Source: an uncultured Gemmataceae bacterium (GTDB lineage: Bacteria > Planctomycetota > Planctomycetia > Gemmatales > Gemmataceae). From it: a stretch of DNA of 64,000 nt. The notes below the pieces were generated by a model. That model worked only from the letters and a program-made list of their open reading frames with translations, searched no databases and was not told where the DNA came from. The stretch is from NCBI GenBank assembly GCA_963750165.1, contig CAVVPN010000009.1, forward strand, positions 1 to 64,000, written 5' to 3'. The translations under genes and the position numbers were made by a program. Every line of letters starts with the position of its first letter. The first letter of the stretch is position 1. Below are positions 47,967 to 59,784 of this stretch, piece after piece.

Positions 47967-50585
47967 TCACTCCAGCGCAATCGCTTCCGGGATGCGCACG
48001 CGCACCGCGTGCAGTGCCGGCCCCAGGCCCGCCAGCGACGCCGTCGCCAGCGACGCCGCCGCGATCAGCAGCGCCTCGCCCCACGGGATATACACCGGAA
48101 ACGCAAAGCCCGTTTCCTCCGGGAAGATCACCTGCAGCGCATACCACTGCAACGGCACCCCAACCGCCAGGCCGATCAGCGTGCCGATCACGCCCATCAG
48201 CGCCGCCTCCGCCAGCACCGAACGCACCACCTGCGCCTGCAATGCGCCAATGGCCCGCAGCAGTCCCATCTCACGGCGGCGCTGCAGCACCGAGATCAGC
48301 AGCGCCGTCACCACGCCCAGCGCCGCCACGAACATCACCACCAGCTGCTGGCCGTAGGCGATGCCGAACAGCCGCTCGATGGTCGTGTCGATGTGTTTCT
48401 GCAACTCCGACCGCGACAGCACCACCAAACCATTCTCCGCGCCCAGGCGACGCAGGATGTCCTCCTGGGCCTTCGCCACGTCGGTCCCGGGGACCAGGTA
48501 CACGTCGAAGATGTCCACGCCGCGCGTGTTCTGCCAGTGCCGCTCGTAGAAACTCTGGTTGACGATGATGGTGCCGTGGTTCCACGAGTAATCGACCAGC
48601 TTGCCGACCACACGCAGCTTCACCGCCGGACTCGTCAGCGTGATCGTGTCGCCGACGTTGACCTTGTGCAGGTAGGCGAAGTTGTCGGAAATCAGCACGC
48701 CGTCCGCCGCCGCGCTCAGCACCCGATACAGTTCCACGTCGGCGACGGCCTGGGGGCGATGCGTGTCCGTGTGGTAGTAGTCGGCGGCGTTCAGCGCGAT
48801 CAGCAGCACCTGCGTGTCGCGGTAGAACTGCTTGCGCAGCTGCACCGGCAACGCCTCCTCGACGCCGGGGATGGCCTTGAGCCGCTCGCGCAATCCCGGG
48901 TCCATCGGCTGGCCGCGATTGCCGGAGCTGACCGGGCTGTCACTGGTCACCACCAGATCCGCAGCAATCGACTCCTGCACCCAGTCACGCAGCGCCTGCC
49001 GGTTGCTGCGAATGACGCCGGCGGTCTGCATCACCAGCGCGACGCCCGCCGCCAGTGCCGCGATCACCACGCCGGTGCGACCGGGGGCGCGCACGATGTT
49101 ATCCGCGGCCAGCCGGCCCTCGATGCCCAGGCAGCGCCGCGCTAGCGGTTGCAGCAGCCACGCCAGGCTGGCCGTCAACAGCGGCGTTGCCAGCAGCGCC
49201 GCGATCAGCACCAGGGCCAGGCCGCCGTACAGGCCGACGCGCTGCGGCAAATACTCGCGCACCAGAATGCTGCCACAACCCAGCAGCAGCAGCGCGGCGC
49301 TGCCGGCCAGCTGCGCCAGGCGATAGCTCCATGTCGGCGCCGCGGGGATGCGACGCACCGCGGCGGCCGGCTTCTCACGCGACGCGGCGATGGTCGGCAC
49401 CAGCGCCGCCAGCACCGCCGTGCCGACGCCGGCGGCCAGCGCCGTCAACAACAGCCGCCAGCTGACCTCGACGCGCCGTGCCTCCACCGGCAAGAAAATG
49501 TTGCTGACCGTTTCCTGCATCGGCTCCAGCGCCAGTTGCGCGAACAGTACGCCCAGCGGGATGCCGAGCAGCGAGCCGACCAGGCCGAGCAGCGCCGCCT
49601 CGCTGCCGAACAGCCGGCGGATCTGGCCGCGCGTGGCCCCGACGGCGAGCAGAATGCCGATCTCGTGGCGGCGCTCGGCGACGCTGACCGACAGCGCGTT
49701 GTAGACCAGGAACAGGCCGACCACCAGCGCCGCGACTCCGCACAGCAGCAGGCCGACCTGCATGCTGGCCATGACGTTCTGCACCGACTGGCTCTGCTCG
49801 TCGGGCGTGCGCACGGCGGCCCGGCCGTGCAGCAGCGCCTCGACGCGCCGGCGCACCGCGTCGCGGTCGGCGCCTGGCGCGAGCACGAGGTCGATGCGCG
49901 TGACCTGGCCCGGCTTGAGGCCAACCACGCGCGCCGCCGCGGGCAAATCGAGAATCACCAGATTGCCGCCCAGCGCCGCCGCCGGCCCCTGCGCGGTGAC
50001 GCTGGCGATGCGGACCACGTCCACCGGCTCCTTCTGCCGGGCCGCCTTGAGCGTCAAGTTCTCGTAGTCTTTCCCTTTGGCCTGGTCGATGGCGTCTGCA
50101 AGCACCTTGCCCAGGATGACGGGCCTGCCCAGGAAGCCTTTGGCGTAGAACCTGTTTTTCAACGCGTCCCCGTCCGGCTCGACGGTCCAGGGCGACGAGC
50201 CCTGGCCGCCGTCCGCCGTTTCCTCCTTGAAATCCAGGCCAATCAACAGGGCCGCGGAGTTGGGCAGGTCGAGGGGGCTTCCCTTGGCGTCAAGGACCCG
50301 CACTTTCTCGAAGATGCGCGGCCGGGCGGCCTGCACGCCTTCGATGGCGGCCACTTCCTTCGCCAGGCTGCGGTCGAGGGGAGCGTCGCCGTTGGTCACG
50401 AGCAGATCGACGGCGCCGGCCAGGGGGTTGGCGGCGACCTGCGCCGCCTGCGCCATGGTCTGGTTGAGGGCCCGCGTGGCCACGAGCATGCTGACGCCCG
50501 CGGCGATGCTGAGGACGATGAGCAGCGCCCGCACCCAGCGCCGCCGCAGATAACGCCAGCTAAGGGTGGTGTAGACGGATAACAT
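47967..50585 (-). CDS. ABC transporter permease, FtsX/MacB-like (duplicated)
   Basis: Two SVxERRxEIGxLxAxGA motifs, multiple TM helices, periplasmic domains. Confidence 0.93.
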   Translation of the reverse strand: MLSVYTTLSWRYLRRRWVRALLIVLSIAAGVSMLVATRALNQTMAQAAQVAANPLAGAVDLLVTNGDAPLDRSLAKEVAAIEGVQAARPRIFEKVRVLDAKGSPLDLPNSAALLIGLDFKEETADGGQGSSPWTVEPDGDALKNRFYAKGFLGRPVILGKVLADAIDQAKGKDYENLTLKAARQKEPVDVVRIASVTAQGPAAALGGNLVILDLPAAARVVGLKPGQVTRIDLVLAPGADRDAVRRRVEALLHGRAAVRTPDEQSQSVQNVMASMQVGLLLCGVAALVVGLFLVYNALSVSVAERRHEIGILLAVGATRGQIRRLFGSEAALLGLVGSLLGIPLGVLFAQLALEPMQETVSNIFLPVEARRVEVSWRLLLTALAAGVGTAVLAALVPTIAASREKPAAAVRRIPAAPTWSYRLAQLAGSAALLLLGCGSILVREYLPQRVGLYGGLALVLIAALLATPLLTASLAWLLQPLARRCLGIEGRLAADNIVRAPGRTGVVIAALAAGVALVMQTAGVIRSNRQALRDWVQESIAADLVVTSDSPVSSGNRGQPMDPGLRERLKAIPGVEEALPVQLRKQFYRDTQVLLIALNAADYYHTDTHRPQAVADVELYRVLSAAADGVLISDNFAYLHKVNVGDTITLTSPAVKLRVVGKLVDYSWNHGTIIVNQSFYERHWQNTRGVDIFDVYLVPGTDVAKAQEDILRRLGAENGLVVLSRSELQKHIDTTIERLFGIAYGQQLVVMFVAALGVVTALLISVLQRRREMGLLRAIGALQAQVVRSVLAEAALMGVIGTLIGLAVGVPLQWYALQVIFPEETGFAFPVYIPWGEALLIAAASLATASLAGLGPALHAVRVRIPEAIALE

Positions 50586-51288
50586 GCTGGCGTCCTCGCA
50601 CCGGTTCTTCCGCGTCCACGCGGCCGTCCTTGATGTGGACGACGCGGTCGCCGTAACTGGCCGCCTGGGCGTCGTGCGTCACCATCACCACCGAGCGCAG
50701 GCCCGGCTCGGGGATGCTGCGCAACAGCCGCAGGATGTCGGTGCTGGTCGCGGAGTCGAGGTTGCCGGTCGGCTCGTCGCACAGAACCGCCTCGGGCTCG
50801 ATCACCAGCGCCCGCGCGATGGCCACGCGCTGCATTTCGCCGCCGGACAGCTCGTCGGGGAAATGGCTTGCCCGCTCGCGTAAACCGACGCGCTCCAGCA
50901 CCTCGTCGGCAGGCTTGAGGGCCAGGCTGCGGCGCATCCCCGCCAGCAGCAGCGGCAGCGCCACGTTCTCGACCGCGGTCAGCGTCGGCAGCAGGTTGAA
51001 GAATTGAAAGATGAAGCCGATTTTCGTGCGGCGCAGTTCGGCCTGCTCGCGGTCGGACATGCTGGACAGGTCACGGCCGCGGAACAGCACGCGGCCGCTG
51101 GTGGGCGTGTCCAGGGCGCCGAGCAGGTGCATGAGCGTGGACTTGCCGGAGCCGGACGGTCCCATGATCGAGACGAACTCACCCGCTTCAATGCGGAGAC
51201 TGACGCCGCGCACCGCCTGCACCACCCGCCGACCCTGAAGGTAGTGCTTGGTCACGTCCTGCAACTCGTGTTCTGCGCCGTGCGCCAT
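50560..51288 (-). CDS. ABC transporter ATP-binding protein (LolD/MacB-like)
   Basis: GPSGSGKST, LSGGEMQRVAIARAL, DEPTGNLD, VTHD. Confidence 0.95.
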   Translation of the reverse strand: MAHGAEHELQDVTKHYLQGRRVVQAVRGVSLRIEAGEFVSIMGPSGSGKSTLMHLLGALDTPTSGRVLFRGRDLSSMSDREQAELRRTKIGFIFQFFNLLPTLTAVENVALPLLLAGMRRSLALKPADEVLERVGLRERASHFPDELSGGEMQRVAIARALVIEPEAVLCDEPTGNLDSATSTDILRLLRSIPEPGLRSVVMVTHDAQAASYGDRVVHIKDGRVDAEEPVRGRQHVIRLHHP

Positions 51289-51306
51289 CGCGGCTCGTCT
51301 CCCGTG

Positions 51307-51372
51307 TCCGCCGCTTGCGGCCTGGCGGACAGCGTCATCGATGAGGCTGCTCGCCAAGCCGCAAGCGGCGGA
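51307..51372. repeat. REP-like intergenic palindrome
   Basis: 21-bp arms TCCGCCGCTTGCGGCCTGGCG / CGCCAAGCCGCAAGCGGCGGA (1 mismatch) with a partly paired interior. Confidence 0.75.
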
Positions 51373-51382
51373 AAGCAATGTC

Positions 51383-53056
<1,674 letters not shown>

Positions 53057-53246
53057 GCGTACTCTCGAAGACAATGGCCAGCCCTGGGCGGACAACGTGC
53101 GGCCCTGGCGGCGTGGCAGCATCAGGTTAGCGGAGGGGGCGAAAGGCGTCAATCTGAAGAGGGCAGGGGGCCGCTTGACGCGCGGCCGCGGATGTCGTGA
53201 GATACCAGCAGGATCAAGACGGACACTTTACGGGAAAGGGCCTCCG

Positions 53247-55326
53247 GTGCGGATCACACTGCTGATGGGCACGTACATGCTGGTAGCGTTGCTGGAACCC
53301 GCGCCGCCCGCCGCGGCGGACGAGGGCATGTGGCTGTTCAACCAACCGCCCCGCGATCTGCTCAAGCAGAAGTACAACTTCGACCTGAGCGACGCCTGGC
53401 TCGACCGGGCCATGAAGGCGTCGGTGCGCTTCAACAACGGCGGCTCCGGCAGCTTCGTCTCGAAAGACGGCCTGGTCGTCACCAACCACCACATCGGCGC
53501 CGATTCGCTGCAAAAACTCAGCACGCCGAGCAAGAACTACTACCGCGACGGCTTCTACGCCAAAGCGCGCCGGGGAGTTGAAGTGCCCCGACCTGGAACT
53601 GAACGTGCTTCAGTCCATCGAGGACGTGACCGACCGGGTGCAGGCCGCGGTGACGGCGGACATGAACCCCGCCCAGGCCGCCGCCGCCCGCCGCGCCGCC
53701 ATGGCGCAGATCGAACAGGAATCGCTGACGAAGACCAAGTTGCGCAGCGACGTGGTGACGCTTTACCAGGGCGGCCAGTATCACCTGTATCGCTACAAGA
53801 AGTACACCGACGTGCGCCTGGTCATGGCGCCAGAGGCGGGCATCGCCTTCTTCGGCGGCGACACCGACAACTTCGAGTTCCCGCGCTACAACCTGGATGT
53901 CTGCTTCTTCCGCGTCTACGAGAACGGCAAGCCTGTGAAAAGCGAGCATTACTTCAAGTGGAGCCCGACCGGCCCGGTGGAGGGCGACGTGGTGTTCGTG
54001 TCCGGCCATCCCGGTTCGACCAACCGCCTGGAGACGCTGGCCCGGCTCAAGCACCGCCGCGACGTGACGCTGCCGTACACGCTGACGCGGCTGCGCTACC
54101 TGGAGGCACTGTTGCGGCAGTACGCCGAGCGCGGCCCCGAGGAGGCACGGCAGGCGGAGAAGGACCTGTACCCCGTCGCCAACGCCCGCAAGGCACTGAC
54201 GGGCCAGTATCACGGCCTGCTCGATCCGGCGATCATCGAACGCAAACAGGTGGAGGAGGAAAAACTTCAGTTCAAAATCAGTGTGGCTCACGAAATGGGC
54301 AAGCAGTACCGCGACGCCTGGAAACGCATCGCCGCGGCGCAGAAGGCACTGGCGACTTTTGAAAAGGAGTACGCCCTGCTCGAACTCGGCGACGCCTGCA
54401 ACAGCCGCTATTTCCGCATCGCCCGGACGCTGGTGCGGCTGGTCGAGGAGAAGGCGAAGCCCGACGCGCAGCGGCTGCGCGAGTACCGCGGCTCGGCGCT
54501 GGAGTCGCTGAAGTTCCAGCTATTCTCGCCGGCGCCGATTTCCGCCGACCTGGAGCGCGTCAAGCTGGCGGGTTCGCTGGCGTTCCTGGCGGAGCAACTC
54601 GGCGGCGAGCACCCGCTGGTGGTCCAGGCGCTGGCAGGCAAGTCGCCGGCGGCCCGCGCCGCGGAGTTAACCGCAGGCACGAAAGTCGGCGACCCCCAGG
54701 AGCGCCGCAAACTGGCCGATGCCGACGCAAAAACGTTGGCCCGTTCGCCGGACGCCATGATCCAGTTCGCCCGCCTGCTGGACGGCGAGGCCCGGCAGCT
54801 GCGCAAGAAGTACGAGGATGAGGTGCAGGAGGTGGAGCAGCAAGCTTACGCCCTGATCGCGCGGGCGCGCTTCAAGCTGTTCGGCAAGAGCGTCCCACCG
54901 GACGCGACCTTCACGCTGCGGCTGGCGTTTGGCGTCGTCAAGGGCTACGAGGTGGACGGCGAAAAGCTGCCGTACACGACCACGTTCGGCGGGGCGTTCG
55001 CGCGGGCGGACAAGCAGCAGCACAAGGATCCGTTCGTGCTGCCGCCGCGCTGGTTGAAGCGAAAGGCCAAGCTGGACCTGGCGACGCCGTTCAACTTCGT
55101 CTCGACGGCGGACACCATCGGCGGCAACTCCGGCAGTCCGGTGCTGAACCGCGCCGGCGAGCTGGTCGGCATCAACTTCGACCGCAACCGTCACGGCCTG
55201 GTGCGCAACTACGTCTACACCGACGAGCAGGCCCGACACATCGCCGTCCACTCACGCGGCGTGCTGGAGGCGCTGCGCGTCCTGTACGACGCCGACGCCC
55301 TGGCCAAGGAATTGACCGCGAAATAA
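53247..55326 (+). CDS. S46 family dipeptidyl peptidase (frameshift ~53570)
   Basis: Signal peptide then ADEGMW. SFVSxDGLVVTNHH, PDATFTLRL and DTIGGNSGSPV motifs. The ORFs join by adding GC. Confidence 0.92.
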
Positions 55327-55371
55327 CGAACCGCCAGGGCGCCAGGGCGCCTTGGCGATTCTGCGTTATTT
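55321..55371. terminator. Hairpin between convergent genes, overlapping both stop codons
   Basis: aaataacg-aaccgccagggcg / cgccttggcgatt-cgttattt. Confidence 0.6.
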
Positions 55372-55752
55372 CCACTTCAGGGTGCAGCGGTTATCGACGT
55401 TGCGGCGCTTCTGCTCGGGCTCCGGCCGGATGGTGTTGCGGATTTCCACCTTGTAAATCTGCGTCCGCACCGGCGTGAAGGTCACATGGCAGTCCTTGCC
55501 GTCGCCCACGTCGCGGGCCACCTCCGTATGGTTGTCGTCGTAAACGTACAGGTTCACGTCGGAGTCCTTCGCGCTGGTCACCCAGATTTCCGCCGGGAGG
55601 CGATACTCGAACTGGACGTAGCGCACCGCCCCCTTGCCGGACTTGATGTCGATGGTTTCAGGGTTCTGGGTCAGGCTGCCGGCACAGCCCAGGCACAGCG
55701 CCACCAGCACGACACCCAGGCCGCGTCGTACGCCAACCGTTCGCTCGCTCAT
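55366..55752 (-). CDS. Putative lipoprotein with PPC-like beta-sandwich
   Basis: Signal peptide with LCLGC lipobox-like site. DVNLYVYD and YKVEIRN motifs. Confidence 0.75.
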   Translation of the reverse strand: MSERTVGVRRGLGVVLVALCLGCAGSLTQNPETIDIKSGKGAVRYVQFEYRLPAEIWVTSAKDSDVNLYVYDDNHTEVARDVGDGKDCHVTFTPVRTQIYKVEIRNTIRPEPEQKRRNVDNRCTLKWK

Positions 55753-55884
55753 GTTCGGGCCTCCGTTGGGCGTGAAGGGTCGGCGTCAAGAACGCCCTGC
55801 TTTTTTACTGGAAACTCACGGCACACGCGCGGGTATACTGGAGAGAATCCCAGGAGACATCCCCTTTCAGGCGAGGTGCGTGCG

Positions 55885-56784
55885 ATGACAGCAGGGCGGA
55901 TCGGTTTGGCGGCGCTGGCGCTGGGGCTGCTGGTGCAGGGGTCGGCCTGTGCGGGCGGCACCAGGGCGGCCCCTGTGATGGTCGGCGGCACCTTCGAGGT
56001 CGAGAAGGCGGCCAACCTGGCTTACCACAACGGCCCGGACGCCGACGCGGTGCGGCACAAGCTGGACGTGTACTACCCCAAGGGCCAGAAGAATTACCCC
56101 GTCCTGCTGTTCATCCACGGCGGCGCCTGGACCTTCGGCAGCAAGGACATGTATGACGCACTGGGGAAAACACTCGCGAAGAACGGCATCGGTGTCGTCA
56201 TCAGCAACTACCGCCTGTCGCCGAAGGTACAGCACCCCGCGCACGTCGAGGACGTGGCTCGCGCCTTCGCCTGGACGCACAAAAACATCGGCAAGTACGG
56301 CGGCCGGGCGGACCAGCTGTTCGTCTGCGGCCACTCCGCCGGCGGCCACCTCGTCGCGCTGCTGGCCACCGACCCGCTCTACCTGAAGGCCCACGGCCTG
56401 TCGCCGGCCAACATCAAGGGCATGATCCCCATGAGCGGCGTCTACACCATCGCGCCGGTCGCCCTCTTCCACAAGGCTTTCGGCAAGGACGAGTCGAAAT
56501 ACAAGGAGGCGTCGCCGCAGCACCACGTCACCGGCAACCACCCGCCGGCCCTGATCATTTATGCCGACAAGGACTACCCGACCATCGACACCATGTCGGA
56601 AGCGTTCTGCAAGAAACTGAAAGGTTGCAAGTGCCACGCCACCACTTTCAAGGTGGCCGACCGCGACCACATCAACATCATCGTCCGGTTGGCCGCGAGC
56701 GAAACGGACCCGACCACGCAGGCGCTCCTGCGCTTCGTCGCCTCGCACAGCGGCCTGAAGTTGCGCGCGAAGAACGGCAAGTGA
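55885..56784 (+). CDS. Alpha/beta hydrolase (esterase/lipase), exported
   Basis: LDVYYP, FIHGGAW, NYRLSP and GHSAGG nucleophile motif. Confidence 0.92.
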   Translation: MTAGRIGLAALALGLLVQGSACAGGTRAAPVMVGGTFEVEKAANLAYHNGPDADAVRHKLDVYYPKGQKNYPVLLFIHGGAWTFGSKDMYDALGKTLAKNGIGVVISNYRLSPKVQHPAHVEDVARAFAWTHKNIGKYGGRADQLFVCGHSAGGHLVALLATDPLYLKAHGLSPANIKGMIPMSGVYTIAPVALFHKAFGKDESKYKEASPQHHVTGNHPPALIIYADKDYPTIDTMSEAFCKKLKGCKCHATTFKVADRDHINIIVRLAASETDPTTQALLRFVASHSGLKLRAKNGK

Positions 56785-56875
56785 GCGACAGCTTTCGCGG
56801 TGAGGTCGTTGTGTTTCGCTCGTCTGAATGATACCCTGATTCCTGCTGCATACCCTTCAGACGGGAGGCGTTCAC

Positions 56876-57817
56876 ATGGCACGGTATGGGTTCATGGCGT
56901 TACTGGTGCTGGCGACGGCCGCGGGCGTGGCGCCGGCCGGCGGCAAGGGCGAAAAGGAGCTGCGCTTCGAGGGCAAGCTCACCCAGGACGACCCCAAGGA
57001 CCGGAAGCAAAATGCTGCCTTCAAGGTCCACATGGTCAAGATGACTGCTGGCGTCAACTACCAGATCGACATGGTGAGCACGCAGTTCGACAACTACCTG
57101 CGCCTGGAGGACAAGGCCGGCAAGGAGCTGGCCTTTGACGACGACAGCGGTGGTATGCAGAACGCCCGCATCATCTTCAACTGTCAGAAGACCGGCGAGT
57201 ACAAGATCATCTGCACCGCCTACAACGCGAATGGCATGGGGGCCTATGTGTTGACGGTGAAGAACACCGGCGCCGCGGCGAAGCTGGTCACGGCACACTC
57301 GGCGCTGGTCGGCAAGGAGGCGCCGGACTTCCGCGGCGACTTCGGGCTCAACGGCCAGGTGCGGCGGCTGGCCGACCTCAAGGGCAAGGTGGTACTGCTT
57401 AACTTCTGGGCCGTCTTCTCGCCGGCGAGTTCCTCCGTTTTCCCGAAGTTGCGCGAATGGCACAAGGCCCACAAGGCCGAGGGCCTGGAGGTCGTCGGCG
57501 TCTCGTTCTACAACTACGAGAACGGCCAGCACATCGGCTTCGACAAGAAGACCGGCAAGCTCACCAAGTTGGAGGAGTCCGACCAGAAGAGCGAGCGGGC
57601 CGTGCTCAAGGACTTCGCCGCCTACCACAAGCTCGACTACCTGCTGATGGTGCTGCCGAAGGAGGAAGCGCTGCGGGCCTTCAACGACTACTTCGTCAAT
57701 GGCATGCCGCAGTTCGTGCTCATCGACCGCCGCGGCAACGTGCGCTTCATCATCGTCGGCGAGCGCAACCTCGCCGCGCTGGAGCCCGAACTCAAGAAAG
57801 TGCTCGCCGAGAAGTGA
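56876..57817 (+). CDS. Exported PPC-like plus TlpA/redoxin-fold protein lacking the CxxC motif
   Basis: FDNYLRL...DDDSGG, then LKGKVVLLNFWAVFSPAS...GMPQFVLIDRRGNVR. Confidence 0.85.
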   Translation: MARYGFMALLVLATAAGVAPAGGKGEKELRFEGKLTQDDPKDRKQNAAFKVHMVKMTAGVNYQIDMVSTQFDNYLRLEDKAGKELAFDDDSGGMQNARIIFNCQKTGEYKIICTAYNANGMGAYVLTVKNTGAAAKLVTAHSALVGKEAPDFRGDFGLNGQVRRLADLKGKVVLLNFWAVFSPASSSVFPKLREWHKAHKAEGLEVVGVSFYNYENGQHIGFDKKTGKLTKLEESDQKSERAVLKDFAAYHKLDYLLMVLPKEEALRAFNDYFVNGMPQFVLIDRRGNVRFIIVGERNLAALEPELKKVLAEK

Positions 57818-57841
57818 GCCGCAGTGCAACCGATGTCAACC

Positions 57842-57880
57842 CGGAGCGCCAGCGCGGGGTCGCCTCGCGCTGGCGCTCCG
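57842..57880. repeat. REP-like palindrome between convergent genes (same core as 62194..62269)
   Basis: CGGAGCGCCAGCGCG / CGCGCTGGCGCTCCG perfect 15-bp arms. Confidence 0.8.
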
Positions 57881-57924
57881 TCAGCGACTGCTTCAACTCC
57901 AGGCGCTGCGCCTGATGTCTGACC

Positions 57925-58413
57925 TCACCGGCTCTCGTCCAGGTGCGCCTTCCAGACCGCGTGCCCGGGCGGATGCAGGGCTGCGCCGCGCAAGAAGGCG
58001 TCGAGGGCGCCGGGATTGATGGGTTCGTCTTCATAGGCGATGAACTTTGGGCGGAACACGGCAAAGCCGTCCGGGTGGTTGGCCGCACGGAAGGGCACCG
58101 CGACCAGGAGCTTTTGCACTTCGGGTTGGTAGCAGTGCGCGTGCAAGAAGATCGCATCAGTCTGGCCCGGCGGCAGATTCAGGTACGCCTCGAAGGCCAG
58201 GACGCCGCGGCGGGCACCGGCGACGGGATTTGTCAGCAGTTGCTCGCCTTGTGTGACTGCTTCCTCCGAGGACATTCCGGTGACCTGAATGTACTGCTGG
58301 CTGCCGTCGGGTTTCTCGACGACCAGCAAGGGAACCGTCAGAGATTTTCCCTGGGAAACGCAATGGATGGCGTGGGCAGCAACGAAGCCCGCCAGTTGTG
58401 CTGTCTCGATCAT
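57925..58413 (-). CDS. Hypothetical protein
   Basis: GGAGG SD, 162 aa, globular protein-like composition. Confidence 0.8.
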   Translation of the reverse strand: MIETAQLAGFVAAHAIHCVSQGKSLTVPLLVVEKPDGSQQYIQVTGMSSEEAVTQGEQLLTNPVAGARRGVLAFEAYLNLPPGQTDAIFLHAHCYQPEVQKLLVAVPFRAANHPDGFAVFRPKFIAYEDEPINPGALDAFLRGAALHPPGHAVWKAHLDESR

Positions 58414-58511
58414 CGCTTACCTCCTGGGGTTGCCAGGTCACTTCGCCAGTCAGCCTCCGTGGTGTCCGCGGCCAACCGGGTTGCCAGCGGCAGGAAATCA
58501 CGCCAATTCAT
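58410..58511 (-). pseudogene. Truncated HEPN-domain toxin-like gene
   Basis: MNWRDFLPLATRLA...EADWRS matches the start of HEPN proteins but breaks before the expected xSRAYY motif. ATGA overlap with the upstream ORF. Confidence 0.55.
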
Positions 58512-58810
58512 TGCCAGCCCAGCACGAAGTAAACGGCGTGGCGGCACGGGCAGACGCGAGTGACCTCGGCTGACCAGATGCGCTGCCCTGCGAGCAACTC
58601 CTCGGTCGGCAGACCTCCGACCTCGACATCGAGGGCAATGTACTGATGCCTTTCGTCTTCGGCATCTTGCCCGAGCGACACGCACAGTGCGGACGAAGGA
58701 AAAGCTTGCCGGGCCAGGTCGATGACCGCGTTCAGGTAAGGGCTGACCCTCTTCGCGACAGCGAATTCCTGGACTTCGGACGGAATGGCCGGCGAGGAGA
58801 CCTTCGGTCG
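58508..58810 (-). CDS. Small antitoxin-like hypothetical protein coupled to the HEPN remnant (start uncertain)
   Basis: SEVQEFAVAKRVSPYLNAVIDLARQAFP...YIALDVEV...YFVLGWQ. Stop overlaps the HEPN ATG. No clear start codon. Confidence 0.5.
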   Translation of the reverse strand, partial: RPKVSSPAIPSEVQEFAVAKRVSPYLNAVIDLARQAFPSSALCVSLGQDAEDERHQYIALDVEVGGLPTEELLAGQRIWSAEVTRVCPCRHAVYFVLGWQ

Positions 58811-58904
58811 GGCTTGGCGGGTAGCGCGAGTTTCGTTCGCTGACCAGCGATTGCCAGACCATTTGAAGTTTCCATGAAATTGCCGCGAACGTTGGGGAGT
58901 CCTC

Positions 58905-59480
58905 TCACGGTTCGCCCCCGATGCGCCGGTGCAACCAGGCCCGCGCCAGCCGGAAGTCGCTCTCCACCGTGCTAACGGAAACACCGAGTCGGTCAGCGAT
59001 CTCGGCGACGGTGAAACCGCCGAAGAAGCGCAGAACGACGACCTGGCTTTGCCGCTCGTCGAGTCTCGCCAGTTCGTCGAGGGCCTCGTGCAGTGCCTCG
59101 ATGTCCGCGTTGTCCTGCTGATTATGGTCGTGCACCGCGTCAAAGGCCACGCGCTGCCAGCCCTCTCCGCGCTTCTCCGTGCGACGCCGTCGAGCGTGAC
59201 TCACCAGGATGCGACGCATGGCCTGGACGGCGGCCGCGAAGAAATAGTGCCGATTCGGAGCCTTATCGAAGACGCCACTGCAGACGAGACACAGGTAGGT
59301 TTCGTGAACGAGGTCGGTGGGTTCCAGAGTTATGGGCGTGCCTTCCTGGAAAAGCAGCCTGGCCGCGATGCGGCGCAGGTCGTTGTAAACCAGGTGAATG
59401 AGCCGATCCTTGGCCTCCCCATCGCCTTCCCGGATGGCATGGAGAAACTGCGTTACTGCTCCCAGCGGTTCGGGTGCCAT
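58905..59480 (-). CDS. ECF RNA polymerase sigma factor, TIGR02999-type (no adjacent kinase)
   Basis: LVYNDLRRIA...TLEPTDLVHETYL...YFFAAAVQAMRRILV...LRFFGG...ARAWL. GGAG SD. Confidence 0.93.
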   Translation of the reverse strand: MAPEPLGAVTQFLHAIREGDGEAKDRLIHLVYNDLRRIAARLLFQEGTPITLEPTDLVHETYLCLVCSGVFDKAPNRHYFFAAAVQAMRRILVSHARRRRTEKRGEGWQRVAFDAVHDHNQQDNADIEALHEALDELARLDERQSQVVVLRFFGGFTVAEIADRLGVSVSTVESDFRLARAWLHRRIGGEP

Positions 59481-59586
59481 CGCAAGGACTCCAGTCGAAA
59501 AATCAAGGGTTTCGACTGCCGATTGCGCATATATTGAAGGTGCAAATGCGTGCGTTTCAAGCGAAAAAAGCTGACCACCGGCATGT

Positions 59587-59705
59587 GGTGATGTCCCGAG
59601 AATGTTGCCCACGCTCGGGTTGCTCGGAAAAACGTGTGTTCTGTGAACGAGCGTCCCGAGGTGTTTCCCAGCGATTTTCCAGGTGTGCAATGGAACCTGG
59701 ACACC
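59587..59705 (+). promoter_or_regulatory. Conserved ~120-bp upstream element, copy 2 (between the divergent ECF and PEP-CTERM genes)
   Basis: Aligns with the reverse complement of 38782..38901. Confidence 0.75.
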
Positions 59706-59784
59706 ACCCGGCGTTTCGGAGAAGAATGTTCCGGCCGGTGGTTTCGCCGCCGTTCGCACACCGCGACCGACAGGAGAAACTGCC

